A DNA stretch of 64,000 nt from Zygnema circumcarinatum SAG 698-1b (lineage: Eukaryota > Plantae > Zygnematophyceae), in NCBI GenBank assembly GCA_037447605.1, contig CM074804.1:6549909-6613908 (forward strand). Direction: 5' to 3'. This document shows, in pieces, positions 23,493-35,825 of the stretch. Position 1 is the stretch's first letter. The number at the start of each line of letters is the position of its first letter. The notes under the pieces are model-generated. The model was not told where the DNA came from and did no database searches. It was given only the letters and a program-made list of their open reading frames with translations. A program made the position numbers and the translations under genes.

Positions 23493-26400
23493 ATGGGTGC
23501 GCTGGCACTCCCGCAGGCGGCTCTGCCCGCTTGGGGGGTGGCCGCGGGGGGGCGCGGAGGGGTCCTGGTGCGAGGGGGAGGGGCGAGGCAGCAGGTGGCT
23601 GCCCTTAGGGGTGGGCGCAGGCAGTCTGTCGGGATGGCGCGGAGCTTTTCTGCAAGAGCACAGGTCTGGAGGCCTTATTACGTTCTGGTTTTTGGGCGTG
23701 GTTGGGGCCTGGTGACAATTTGAAGGATGCAGAGCTAACTTCATTTTGTGTTTGCGTTTTTTTGTTCGAGTCGGCTTTGCTATGAGCTTGCACTAGCTGC
23801 TTTTCTTCATTGCTATTGTGTTATCATCTCTTTCTGCCGGGGCTCAAAAACGGATGAGTGAAGTGCAAGTTAGGCAATGAAACTCTGTGGCGCTCAGTTT
23901 ACTGGGTAAGCTATAAATGGTAACATTGACTTGAAAGTCTGGCTGACAGTCGTATTGAAGCTCGCACGGTTTTGGAATTTACTGAAGCCTTAATCACAAA
24001 GCGCCGCGTGTTAATGAATGTGCTGTCCTTATTGCCCCTCCGCACCTCAGTTTATGTTTTATCGCTACCAGACAGACATGATTCATTTGGAGATCTTCTA
24101 AGCTCTTCAGGAGTTTATAGGAAGAAAGCAAGTTAGAAGGGAAGCAGCCTTAGGATAGTGGCCCTCGTTGCTGAAGCGGATCTGGCAACGTGTTGCAGGT
24201 GGAGGAGGTGGAGGAAGCAAGGAAGTCATCAGACAGTTCTAGCTCCGCAGCCATCATCACAGACGCCCCTCCTCTGAAGCAAAAATTTAATCTGTTATCC
24301 GAGGCTGGTCCAAGTCGCTATATGGTTGCATCTGGAGAGCAAATTTCGGTAATTTCAGTGAACTATGGGTGAAGATGTTTCTGATCATGTCAATAGAGGC
24401 TACTTACTCAAACTACTGGCACAACTCGCCACTCTAAACCTCTTGCGCTTAGGAATGCCTATGGCTATCAACCTGCATAGACAGTGCATGGTTCAAAACG
24501 GAGGTTCCTTTCCATTGTCAGTCATTTTTGTAAGAAATTTTGATCGAATCTTAATGCTTCGAACAGCTCGGAGACTAATCTTTCTTTTCTATTTCTCATT
24601 CTCTTGGACAAGTTTGAGAACTTAAATGTCGCCTTTTGTGGATTTTTGACTTGATGTTTCAATCCATGGGAATCGTGCAGGTTGCTACAGCAGGAGCACA
24701 GGCTTTCTTGAGGCTCGGCAGTGGAGCATTTGTTTCTCCCAACCTCTCGAAATTCAGAAAGCGTCCCGACAAGCCTTTGGAGTTGTACGAGTTTGAAGGC
24801 TGTCCATTTTGCCGCAAAGTAAATGCCACTGCTTTTAATCTTTTGAGTAGACACATAATTTCGTCAGCTGACGGCATTATTGTTCAAATTATTCGATGCA
24901 ACTGGAATATTTCAGTTGCGTGGACTTTTCGAAGTCCGTTCCAGTTATTCGCTCGTCAGATTTTCCCACAACATTTATTCGGTTTCTCTGGCTTCTACGG
25001 TTGTAGATAGGCCTTGTTGGGTACTTACCGTTTTTGTATCATATTTTTCCTTCCTTTTCCCCACCGTCCTTCATAACCACTCACGCCTCTTATACTGCGG
25101 CCCCTCTGTGCTGGCAAAGATCAGAGGAGCGGGCTAAGATAATGATGTTGTCGTATGTGCGCTTTTGACAGGTGAGGGAAGCAGTAACTATTCTGGACTT
25201 GGACGCAATCTTTTACCCCTGTCCTGCAAATGGACCCACTTGGCGTCCAAAAGCCATCCAGCTTTCGGGCAAACGGCAATTTCCGTTCCTTGTGGATCCC
25301 AATAACGGAATCTCTATGCTGGAATCGGATGACATTATTGCCTACCTTTGGAACGAATATGGAGATGGGAAGGTTCGTGCTTCAGCGTTTCACCAACAGA
25401 CCAATTGAAACAATTGAAGGAACTGGTTTACTACGCCCTATCTGCATCAATTCCCCCCCCTCGATCCCTCTCTCCATCTCCCCTCTCCCTCCCTCTCCCC
25501 CTCCCCCTCCCCCACCCCCTCCCCCTCCCCCTCCCCCTCCCCCTCCCCCTCCCCCCTCCCCCTCCCCCTCCCCCTCCCCCTCCCCCTCCCCCTCCCCTCC
25601 CCCTCCCCCTCCCCCTCCCCCTCCCCCTCCCCCTCCCCCTCCCCCTCCCCCTCCCCCTCCCCCTCCCCCTCCCCCTCCCCCTCCCCCTCCCCCTCCCCCT
25701 CCCCCTCCCCTCCCCCTCCCCCTCCCCCCCCCTCCCCCTCCCCCTCCCCCTCCCCCCTCCCCCTCCCCTCCCCCTCCCCCTCCCCCTCCCCCTCCCCCTC
25801 CCCCTCCCCCTCCCCCTCCCCTCCCCTCCCCCTCCCCCTCCCCTCCCCCTCCCCCTCCCCCCCCCTCCCCCTCCCCCTCCCCCTCCCCCTCCCCCTCCCC
25901 TCCCCCTCCCCCTCCCCCTCCCCCTCCCCCCACCCTCTCTCTTGCATATTGCTTTGAAATCTGAATTTCAGTCAACCTCGTAAGAAGGATTGCAGATTGT
26001 AGCACTTTTGACGGCGCAGCCTCACGCTATTTCCTGCTAAAGCTTAAATTTTACTTAAGTACTTGGAAGAACGAATGTTCACTCGATACTAGAATTGTTG
26101 GACGTTGCCTTCGCTCTGAATAGCATGCCCTTTCCTATTTACAGTATGTTTTCTGGTTTGACAGGAAAACATACCGTTCCAGTTCAATCTGGGCCCGTTC
26201 ACCACCCTCTCTGCAGGCCTTGCGTTGGCACCACGTTTTGGCCGTGGTAGCCAATATCGCAAGTCTCGCCTACCGGAGAAACCAATTAGCCTGTGGGCAT
26301 ATGAAGCCTCCCCATTCTGCAAGTTGGTGAGGGAGGTGCTGAACGAGCTCGAGTTACCACATTTGTACATTTCTGTAGCAAGGAATAGTCCCAAACGGCC

Positions 26401-26838
26401 GGAGTTCACTGCCAAGTGGAACGTGTTTCAAGTGCCTTACATTGAGGTATGGAGTCTTTCTGTTGTTCGCTTCTGTTGTAACACCGTTCCTTTGTGCATT
26501 TTGGAAGAAAGCAAGCTTTTTCGAAAGCGAAAAAAAAAAAAAGCCGCATTTCCTCGCAGCGGCTGGGCTAGTGAGAGGGCGAGATGTAGAGAGGTTCAGA
26601 GGGGAGGGAATTCCACTTTCTGTTCTGATTAGGAAAAGGTTAAACGAGGAGCAAAAAACAATGCTCTTCCATAAGTTATGATTATGAACTAGTTTAAATG
26701 TATTGGTAGAACAATGCAAAACCCGTTTGACGTCTCTTTTCCAATTTCATCGATTACCTGCAGGATCCCAACACAGGGGCAGCCCTCTTTGAGACAGTGG
26801 CAATTATCAAGTATTTGGAGAAGACATATGCAGCGTAA
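23493..26838 (+). CDS. GST2N / thioredoxin-superfamily protein with two GST N-terminal domains, probably plastid-targeted, spliced
   Basis: Ala/Gly/Arg-rich first exon (transit-peptide-like). Domain 1 [14 protein letters not shown]|[45 protein letters not shown]. Domain 2 [31 protein letters not shown]|[24 protein letters not shown]. Stop at 26836-26838. Confidence 0.88.
25480..25931. repeat. About 450-bp (CCCCCT)n/(CCCCT)n polypyrimidine minisatellite inside a GST2N intron
   Basis: Almost pure C/T run between the donor at about 25373 and the acceptor at about 26164. Confidence 0.95.
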
Positions 26839-27751
26839 ACTTGGGAAGTGTTCTTGAGCAGGGAAAAATCTCGATACCTTACCCGCGTAGTTCTTCCTTG
26901 TCTCGAGAGACCAGCAGACTCTAACCTCGTTTCTTGTGAACCCTCGTCAAAATTTCGCGAAGGCGAGAGGGTAATGTGTTGGCTGTTTGCCTTTTTCCCA
27001 CCTTCAAATCCCTTCTCAAGGGAGTTCTTCTTGAGGCGAGGACTTGAGGCCGGTTGTAGACTATTTTGTGTTTCTTTTTTGCTCCCCCCATTTGTGCCAT
27101 AGACTAGTGATCAGATGGGCCAATAACAGCTGTTAAAAGCGGCATAGAATGGCTTGCTGCTTCCGCGGAGACGAGAGGGCAACAATGTACAGCAGTTTAT
27201 GTGTGAATCAGTTTTGGAATACCCTGGAACGAATGGAACACCAGCTGGCACGAATGCACTCTTTTGGGTCTGGCATATTCTACAACAGTGTCTGCTCTTC
27301 GTCCTCCTCAGGAATGGAAGTGGTGGGGGGAAAGTCTGATACGCTCTAAGTGGAAGGACATGAGCGGTACATATTTCAGTTCATAGGAATGTATGTCTTT
27401 CAGCTCAACGAAATATCCGGGCCAATGTCTGATGAGACACGTCCCATTCCTCAAGCATGCCTACTTTGTCTTCGGGTGACATTAACGTGACAAATATTAC
27501 AAAAAGTTAACAGAAAAGTGTCCAGTAGCAGCGTTACAAGTGGCCTTTCCTCTTACGACCATCAAAAAGGCTTTGACTCTGTGTCGAGTCGACTCCCGTC
27601 TGCTCGCATGGCTTCCCCGACTCAGACTACGTTCACAACGTCGCCCTGCGGCTTATGCCCATTCAAGACCCTCGGGTAGAAAGAGGCACCTTCTCTTCCT
27701 TGCATTTAAATGCACCTCTCCATCACCGATTGCCAAAGCCCCCTCCCTACT

Positions 27752-30736
27752 TCACACCTTCACTGTGGTTCCGAGCACCGCCATGAGTTTGGCAACAAAC
27801 TGAGGATGCGCAGGCCACGCTGCGCCCGTTATGAGCTTGCCGTCCACAACGCACTTAGTGATGGGGTCCGGATCCACCCACTCGCCGCCCGCCAGCACAA
27901 CAGTCGGCTTCACTGCCGGATAAGCCGTGCATTTCTTGCCCTGCCACATACCAGACATAGAGAGCGCCCCAAATAAGCAAGGCATTCATAGCACTCTAAA
28001 AAAATAGGCAAATGTAAAAAAAAAAAAAAAAAATAGGGGTTATCACAAGTTTCGACCTGGTCAGCTGCAATTGTCTTTTAAGGAGACCAAACTGCTGCAT
28101 CGAAATAACATCCTTCGCGGCACAAAAAGCGACTGAGACGTGGACAGGTCCTTAGGGCTTATGACTCCTGTAAGCCAACAAGCCTTTCGAGCTTCAGCGT
28201 CTCACAAACTTTTAGTGATAAAAGTCAGGTTCAGAGATAGCTATTTTTTACTTCGCCATTTCTTGTCCTCACCTTCAGCACTCCAGCGGCTGCCAAAATC
28301 TGTTGGCCATGGCAGATAGAAGCAATGGCCTTCCCCTCGATTTCGAACTGTTGCACCATTTCCAATACTCTGGCATTAATAGAAAGGTACTCTGGAGCCC
28401 GGCCGCCAGGAACGACCAGCGCATCATAGTCCGCCACATTTACATCATCGAAGTTGTATGTTAATGCAAAATTATGTCCTGGTTTTTCAGTGTACGTCTG
28501 CGGGCATCCATCTCCCGAACCCAAAACAAAAAGGGATAAGAACAAGAAAAACCTTACGTACAAACAGTCATGCCTTTAAGCTGAACCGAACATGGGAGAA
28601 GGATTCTATGCGAGGCAATAAAAAGAGTCACCTGATCTCCTTCAAAGTCATGTATTGCCGTCCTGCATACTTCCCCCGCCTTCTTTCCCGGGCAGACTGC
28701 ATCGGCACGATAACCCAAAGCCAAAAGCGCTTGAAAGGGAACCATGACCTCATAGTCCTCCATGAAGTCCTGAAATGGAAAAAAGCATCTAGGCTCAGCA
28801 AATCTTCAATAAGCAAACGATATTATTCTCTGCCCATTCACCTCCCGCTAAAGGAAATGGTCAATTGCTGCCTCGCACCTACCCCGCAAAGGAAGAGCAC
28901 TCTTTTGTCAGCTCCTTCCACCCGAGCTCCCATTGCCATCAAGAGAAGCCCTAGAAACTCAGGATGGCCCGGCCATGCGGCTCCTGTCACCAGGTGGCCA
29001 CCGCTGTCAATAAAGCATGCAGAAATGGGGTCGGGTTCCTCCCACACTGCGCCCGCTGCAACAACTATTGGCTTCAAAGCCGGATATGCCGTTGCCTTCT
29101 TGCCCTGCATAACAAATAACATTGTTCTGAAGAGTTTGAACCGACCAAAATGCACCTTAGTTGCAAGTCGAAGTCAGTAAATTCGCAAAAACAGCAAAGG
29201 GAGTGAACTATAAGTAATTGAGCTTGAATATTCCACCCACCTGGAGCACGCCCGCTGCTGCAAGAATGAGCTGTCCGTGGCAGATAGATGCAATCGGCTT
29301 GCTGCTGTGCGCAAACTTCTGAACAAGTTCAAGCACAGTCTGATCGAGAGAGAGATACTCGGGAGCCCGTCCGCCTGGTATGACCAGTGCGTCATAGTTC
29401 TCGAATTTGACGTCGGAATACGAGGCGTTCAGTACGAAGTTGTGGCCAGGCTTTTCTGTATAGGTCTGCAACCCCAAACCCAACCGACAAAAACGTCAGC
29501 ACACGAGGCCTAGCTTTAGCGACACAAGGAATGTCTCCGTACGTTCTCTCGTGTGTTTGGAGGAGCGCTCCGTCCAAACCTTATGCAACTAAAGTTAAAG
29601 TTGAACGTACCAAGTAACGGTTATGATATAGGTGATTCGATCGAGGTTCTCAGTCAGAATTTGAAAAGGGCAGTCGTCTAGCCAACGACCAATATGACAA
29701 TAGTCTAATTTCACTTTCGATATTCTGTTCAATATTCAGATCCTTGGATTGCGAAACCAAATTGAGGGTACAAAAAAATCAATTCAACAGACCGCCTGAT
29801 TGCCTCTCTCTCTCTTCTTCTGACTCTCCTCTCTCTCTATCTCTGCGTTTCTCTCTTCTTTTTTAAATCATTTTTTCCCTTCGTCCATTTCCGCAGTGAA
29901 GCATTTGGAAAGCTTGTTTGCCACATTATTATTGTAGAACCAAGCTAGCGTGAACTGAACTTACATTTTTTTTTCTTAGATTTTTATACAGTCTGTTCAA
30001 GTCTGCCTCACAGTATTGCAGTAATTCTAGGTAAGTGTCATTACCCGCAAAAATGAGCCATTGTAATGCGTTTTATTTCTATGCCAAAACGTTCGGTACC
30101 CTTCTTTTGAGCCATTACAGCGCCGGATATTGTGAATACATCCCACGTTTCCTTCTTTCCCCCTATTTTCCAAAGAGCTGCATACGGAGTTGTAACCAAC
30201 CATGGCTTCTTAAAAAAACGTTCAAGAACTTATCGTGCTGTAGACGGAACCATGCATAGCCGAAAGCTCACGGAGATCTATCACTACAGATAGAGGAATA
30301 TAAGAAATTTTATCGTAGACGCTTGAGTCGATAAAACCAAGCTGGAATGTACGTGAACACTTGAAAAAAGAGTGCCGGTTAAGCAAAACGAGCAGCGACG
30401 ACACAAACAAGTGCGTAGCAGGCACCTGATCTCCCAAGAAGTCGTGTACGGCAGTGCGACATATGTCGCCTTCTGCCTTCCCGGGACAGACGGCGTCCAC
30501 ATTGAAGCCGAATGCAAGAAGAGACTGGAAGGGCACCATGACCTGCCATGCAGCAGGACAACAGGAGTAGGAATAGGAGTATTGGCGTAAGGAACTTCAC
30601 GAAACAATCGCCATAACTGAAAGTACAAGTGCATTCTCCTGATTCGTATGTCAGACCGGCAGCACACGAATACCTCATAGTCCTCGACAAAGTCGCCAAC
30701 AATGAAAAGGATGCGCTTTCCCTCCGTGCTCGGCAT
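27752..30736 (-). CDS. DJ1D: DJ-1/PfpI family two-domain protein (DJ-1D / glyoxalase III type), spliced
   Basis: Two tandem domains, each with GDF(V/M)[22 protein letters not shown](I/V)[16 protein letters not shown] (catalytic Cys) and TGAAWP(G/A)HP. Start [15 protein letters not shown] at 30736. Confidence 0.93.
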
Positions 30737-31595
30737 GGTCAACACGCCTCTATTTCACAAGGCCACAGATAAAAAATGATCGCAGTGATGACCAATTGCT
30801 GCCTCCAAAGCGTCGGAGAGCGCAAGCAAGCAGGCGAGCAAGAAATTCCGCCCTCGCTGACCGCGAGAGAAACCACGAACGATCGAGCCTCCAGGTCCGA
30901 CCACGCGTGTGAACAACCTACGGACGGACGGACGGACGGACGGACGGTTTGTGGGATGGTTTGTTGGACGGATTGTGGGGCTGTGGGCAGCCGAAAGCGT
31001 GCGAGCCATTCGTTGACAACAACAACAACAACAACCTCTTCTAGTTCTTCTTCCCCAAATATGAGAACCAACAGATGGTGGAGGGCCTCCCTTGGCCCCT
31101 CGGCGGCACGAAAGGGCGGCCCATGGTCGGGGGTGTATGCGCACATGCATGCCCATATGGCGTCCAACGGGCTGCCGCCACGTCCTCATCTTGTTGGCAA
31201 CGGAAAGTGCGGGGAGGCCGCCACGTGGGCAGACCGCCGACCTGCTGCAACTTGCAGACAGGACAGGACAGGACAGGACAGCCGACGCCATGGACAGGCG
31301 GAGGGGAAAGGTGGCGGCGATGGAGGGAGGGAGGGTAGTCTCTGGGAGTTTGAGGTGGAGGTAGACGAGCTGCTTCGAATGTGCAGGCGAAAATGTCGCA
31401 CTTTTCGAGGCAGGTCTTGAGGTTGCATTGGTGAGCTCCTTTTGAAACAGAGCTGGTACATGTACGATCATTTAAGGGTCCCTTGCAACGGATATTTTTC
31501 ACGGTGAAGCATTCAGTTCGATTAGGACTGGGAGAGGGGGTCCAAAGGGGTTTGCGAAGGAGTATCAGGCAGTGATCGGTGTCGAATGTCGATCA

Positions 31596-33603
31596 ATGGC
31601 GAGTGGAGCGCCAGATTCAGCTTTTGAAATCATCCAAAGGCAGAGAGCTTTGAAGGGGCCTGAGTCTGATGGAGACTCCAAAAGAGCTCAGAAACCGTGT
31701 GTCGTAAAATCCTACTTTAAAAAGTATCGTGGCTCGCAGGAAGGCCTGTTCCCTCCAAAGCCAACCGTCAGAATTCTTGTGTGGTCATTTATAGCCTCGT
31801 TTACCGGTGAGCGTGGCTGTCACACCCTCATCATCTTGCGTTGCTTAGTCAAAGTCCTTGCTTGAGTCTGGCCTGTCCTCGTCGACGGTAGAATTCTTTC
31901 AAATCATTACAATACCTTGTGGAACTTGAGACTCTTTGAAGCCGTTAGAAACCCGGAATTCTTCCATGTACGGTAGGACAAAATGGATTTTCTGCACAAC
32001 GGAAGAGCTGGACGCTTATGTGATGTGTTTGCAAAATTAACTGTCTGAGATTACTAGTTTAAGAACATTATAGAATGATGCCTTTCGGCTATCACATCAT
32101 TAACTTACACAAGCATGAAACATATATTATTGTCGAGATTTCTGCTTTTGCATACTTTTGGGGACTCAGTTCTGTCAGATGTGTGGCTGCAGGCATCTCC
32201 ATATGCGCGGCCTTGACATACAATGTGAACATACGGCCGGGTGGAGAAATAGGAGGAGAACCGATTGAATTGGGCTTCATTATTGGATCATTCGGTGCAA
32301 CTGCCGTGCTTATTTATGGAGCTGTAGATTCTCCGTTTTCTCAGCCTCGAAATGTTCTAGTCGGGAACTTCTTGTCAGGCATAATTGGAATCGCCATTGC
32401 AGAAATGTTTGCAGCGCTCGGCCTCCAATTTTCCGGCAAAAGGACACTGTTGTGGATGGAGTGCGCATTAGCAGTGTCACTGTCAATATTTGGTAAGGAT
32501 TGGGACTCTTTCTGAAAGGAGAAGCCACAGGAGTTCTCCGAAACAATGGACTTATGGGAGGTTTATTTGCAATGGCATTGAGGTTTGGACAGACTGTGTC
32601 ATCTTGCCTTTCGCTGAAGTTCTCTGCAATGTGGCGTTCTTACTGCTCCCTTTGTTCGGGCAGGTTGAGGAGCTATGTCGATTTTATCGAGTAGTAACGA
32701 ACACTGGCTGCTCAGAGATTGTCCTGTCCAACTTTATCTTTTCACTGTTGTGCTGGTCATCGCATTTCTACTCACTTTAAGGAAAAACCTTGTCGCTGGA
32801 AAACAGCTATGCAGGCATTTCGGTGCGTGCATCCTCCTGGGGGCGCAACAGCAATGATAGCAGTCACATCAACTTCTAGTGAGCGTATGCATGGGCTATT
32901 CATCCTTCCGGTATTCGGAGGCCTTGTACTCATGCTGCTTGTGGCGTTGCTCATAAACAACATCGCCCGCCAGTAAGGCTATCATGATTTACGCTTAGCT
33001 TGCCCTGTCTTGGATTCATTGGCTTTGCTCGTACTGGCCTGAGCTGTAAACCTGTGACACCGGGCTCATGGCATTGGCTGCTTTCCCCTCGTATAGTATT
33101 TCTATAGTTTGCTTGTTCTGTTAATTCAGACGAACTTCATTCTGCTGCACATACCTACAGAACGTTAAACCAGAGTGCAGAAGCTGAGCAATGTCTAAAA
33201 CAGACGACTTTCTTTATTCGCCGTTTCGAGGCATTACTTGAGTGTACAATTTGACTGGTTTGACAGGTATCCCACTTATTGGTGGAAGCCGACCATCAAG
33301 GACATTCCAATTCGTGAAGGTTCCACGCACCACCTGTCCAGGGCCTTTGGTGAAGCGTTCAATGTAGCCGAGCTGCAGCCAAGGCCCCCCCAAGTTTCTG
33401 CACAGGTTGTACTTGGAGACGCGGTGGAAAACGGAACCATGCAACTCTCTATTCCCTCCTTGCAAAATGAAGCAAGCACATTAACTCCATCGGCGGAGTT
33501 GTCGCAAGCCCTAGAAAGGGCTCGCTGCAAAATTGCTGCTCTCGAAACCGAGTTGCAAGCCTTGCGGCAGTGTACAATGTATGGAGGCGGTCTACAGTTT
33601 TGA
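31596..33603 (+). CDS. HPP-family integral membrane protein (putative nitrite transporter family), spliced
   Basis: Approximate exons 31596-31806, 32193-32492, 32807-32972, 33267-33603. Motifs IIGSFGATAVLIYGAVDSPFSQPRNVLVGN, VHPPGGATA, LLINNIARQYPTYWW. C-terminal coiled-coil tail. Confidence 0.88.
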
Positions 33604-34268
33604 AGTTGTAGGCATAATTATGTAAAAGTGGCCTGTGAAGTGTACAGACATGAGAACCGGTGAACACCCTTTCTCTCTTGTTGTTATTGTTGTGCCTTGT
33701 CCTGAAAACATGTAACTGGAATCTAAACCATACCATACTCTTCACTAAAGCTCAACTCAATGCAAATTTCTCCTTCCTACCCTCCTTCCCACAAACTCCA
33801 TACAGCCCATACAGTCCCCCTTTAGTCTCCACTATCCGCCTTTCCATGTCTGCGTCCGGCAGTCCGCCGTTCCGTGAAACAGCGCGTATTTGAACTGCAG
33901 GCCAGCTCCATGAGAAATTGAAAATTCGTCGCAGTCCGCCCCAGTGTCGGCGAACCTTCGCGACCGATTCTTTCCGGCGGAGGGCGGCCTTGGAGGGGCG
34001 CTTCGCACGCGCGGAAATCCTGCTCTTCCTCCCTCCCTACCTCCCTTCTCCAGCTGTTGCTCGCTCTCCCACTGCTGACAGGCTCTATCTCTCGCCTTCT
34101 GGGCTTCGCTGAAATTCTGCCACGCGGAGCGCTGTTTGATACGTGCTTTTGTGGCCTGCTCTGTATACCGTCGGTGGGAGTCGGTTGGTTCAAATTAAAT
34201 CTTTGAAGGCGCTGCTGAGATCGAAGTGACGGGGTTTGCTCCGGCGGGGGATAGTTCGAAGATTGGCG

Positions 34269-35099
34269 ATGGTTGAGGAAGGCTGTGCATCCGGTTCGAG
34301 TGGAGGAGCGACAGCAGCAGCAGCAGCAGCAGCTGCAGTCCAGCGTCGGCATACGGAGGCGGGAGATTCCGTGGCTGCGCAGGATTTTGGTCGGATGGCG
34401 GAGGAGGGAGGACGAGGAGGGTTTGGAGAGAGCGAGCAGCTGTTGCCTAAAAGCAATGAAAACGAAAATGGATCTTCCGGGGCCGGCGCAAGCGCCAGCG
34501 CTGGAAGCGTGGGAGGCGATGGAGGAAGTTTTGAGTGCAACATTTGTTTGGAACTCGCACAAGATCCCGTCGTAACCCTGTGCGGGCATCTGTTTTGTTG
34601 GCCGTGTCTTTATCTGTGGTTGCGCATGCACACAGCGTACAAAGAGTGTCCGGTATGCAAAGCAGGTGTTGAAGAAGCGAAAGTAATCCCCCTGTATGGC
34701 AGAGGCAACTTAGGAGCGAAAGATCCGAGAACAAAGCCAGTGCCGGGTGCAGACATTCCCAACCGGCCGCAGGGGCAAAGGCCAGAGCCTACGCGCGCCC
34801 ATCCGCAGCATGCGCCCGGCTTTAATTTTGTTGCCGGCCCGGCAGGTCCCTTTGCAACGGCGCAGATTGGGAATTTTACTTTATCGGCAGGCTTCGGCTT
34901 GTTTCCTTCTCTGTTTGGTCTCCAATTCCAGTCCTTCCCTGCTGGTGAAGGGTCCATGCACGCAGGTATGATGGGGTCGCCGATGGCAGCGCCAAGACCC
35001 GGACAATCCTTGAGCCCCGAGCAACAGCAGCAAGCTTTTCTCTCTCGACTTCTCCTCTTTCTCGGCTCGTTCGTCATCTTGTGTCTTCTGTTTTTCTAG
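34269..35099 (+). CDS. RMA1: RMA1/RNF5-type C3HC4 RING E3 ubiquitin ligase with a C-terminal membrane anchor; intronless
   Basis: FECNICLELAQDPVVTLCGHLFCWPCLYLW..ECPVCKAGVEEAKVIPLYGRG, IPNRPQGQR, AGFGLFPSLFGLQF and terminal LSRLLLFLGSFVILCLLFF. Confidence 0.93.
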   Translation: MVEEGCASGSSGGATAAAAAAAAVQRRHTEAGDSVAAQDFGRMAEEGGRGGFGESEQLLPKSNENENGSSGAGASASAGSVGGDGGSFECNICLELAQDPVVTLCGHLFCWPCLYLWLRMHTAYKECPVCKAGVEEAKVIPLYGRGNLGAKDPRTKPVPGADIPNRPQGQRPEPTRAHPQHAPGFNFVAGPAGPFATAQIGNFTLSAGFGLFPSLFGLQFQSFPAGEGSMHAGMMGSPMAAPRPGQSLSPEQQQQAFLSRLLLFLGSFVILCLLFF

Positions 35100-35825
35100 G
35101 TTAGTCTTAGATTTGAGGGCAGGCGATAGTGGAATATGTCATGTTTCAGGTGGATGACTGTCGTCTTCCGAGTGTAGCACAGAATAAAGGCTGTCTCCCT
35201 CGTAACGGTGCTGTCACCACCGAAAGAGATTGCTTCACGAGAGTGCGTGATAAGATGTACATATCAATCAGCAGACGTCAGCTATCGCTTTGTAGAACGA
35301 GACCAATTGGACCAGAGAGCAGCGATTTCACACTGTAATGCATAGAATATGCAGGCAGGTACAGCAGGGCATTGTGGGTCGGTCCTTCATTGGTTTTGTG
35401 TAGAGAGACCTGTATCATAAGCAAGGAACATTGTGGGTGACTGGTTTTCTCGTTTTTCCTTTTTTTTTTGTTTATGGCCTAAGAATCTGGACGGAAATCT
35501 TGGGCAAGTAGTACTGGTTGCATGCGCTGATTGTACGCTATGCTCCTCTAGCTCTCGCGAAGGTTCAATGTGCTTATAGATTCGAAGTACAGAACTGATG
35601 TAACTGGCAATTGAGCTACCCTGACTTCAGTTCTGGCATTATTGGCTGTTGACTCATATCGCTGTTGATGGTGGCTCCTTGAGAGAACGGGAAGCGTATT
35701 AAGAAAACCACCAAACTCATCCTTATGTTTACAAGGAGCCTCTATCTGCAGCAACAGTCTAATACAGGATTCAACAGTGCTAAAAAATAAATACGAGATT
35801 GTACATAGTATAGCACCAACGGTAT

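Noticed and set aside
21107-23744. Many 130-390-aa ORFs on both strands
   Set aside because: GC-island and MITE artefacts. Only 23493 onward (GST2N exon 1) fits a spliced gene.
25230-26005. Poly-Pro, poly-Gly, (LP)n and (GE)n ORFs resembling extensin
   Set aside because: They are translations of the intronic (CCCCCT)n tract. The GST2N reading frame splices cleanly around it.
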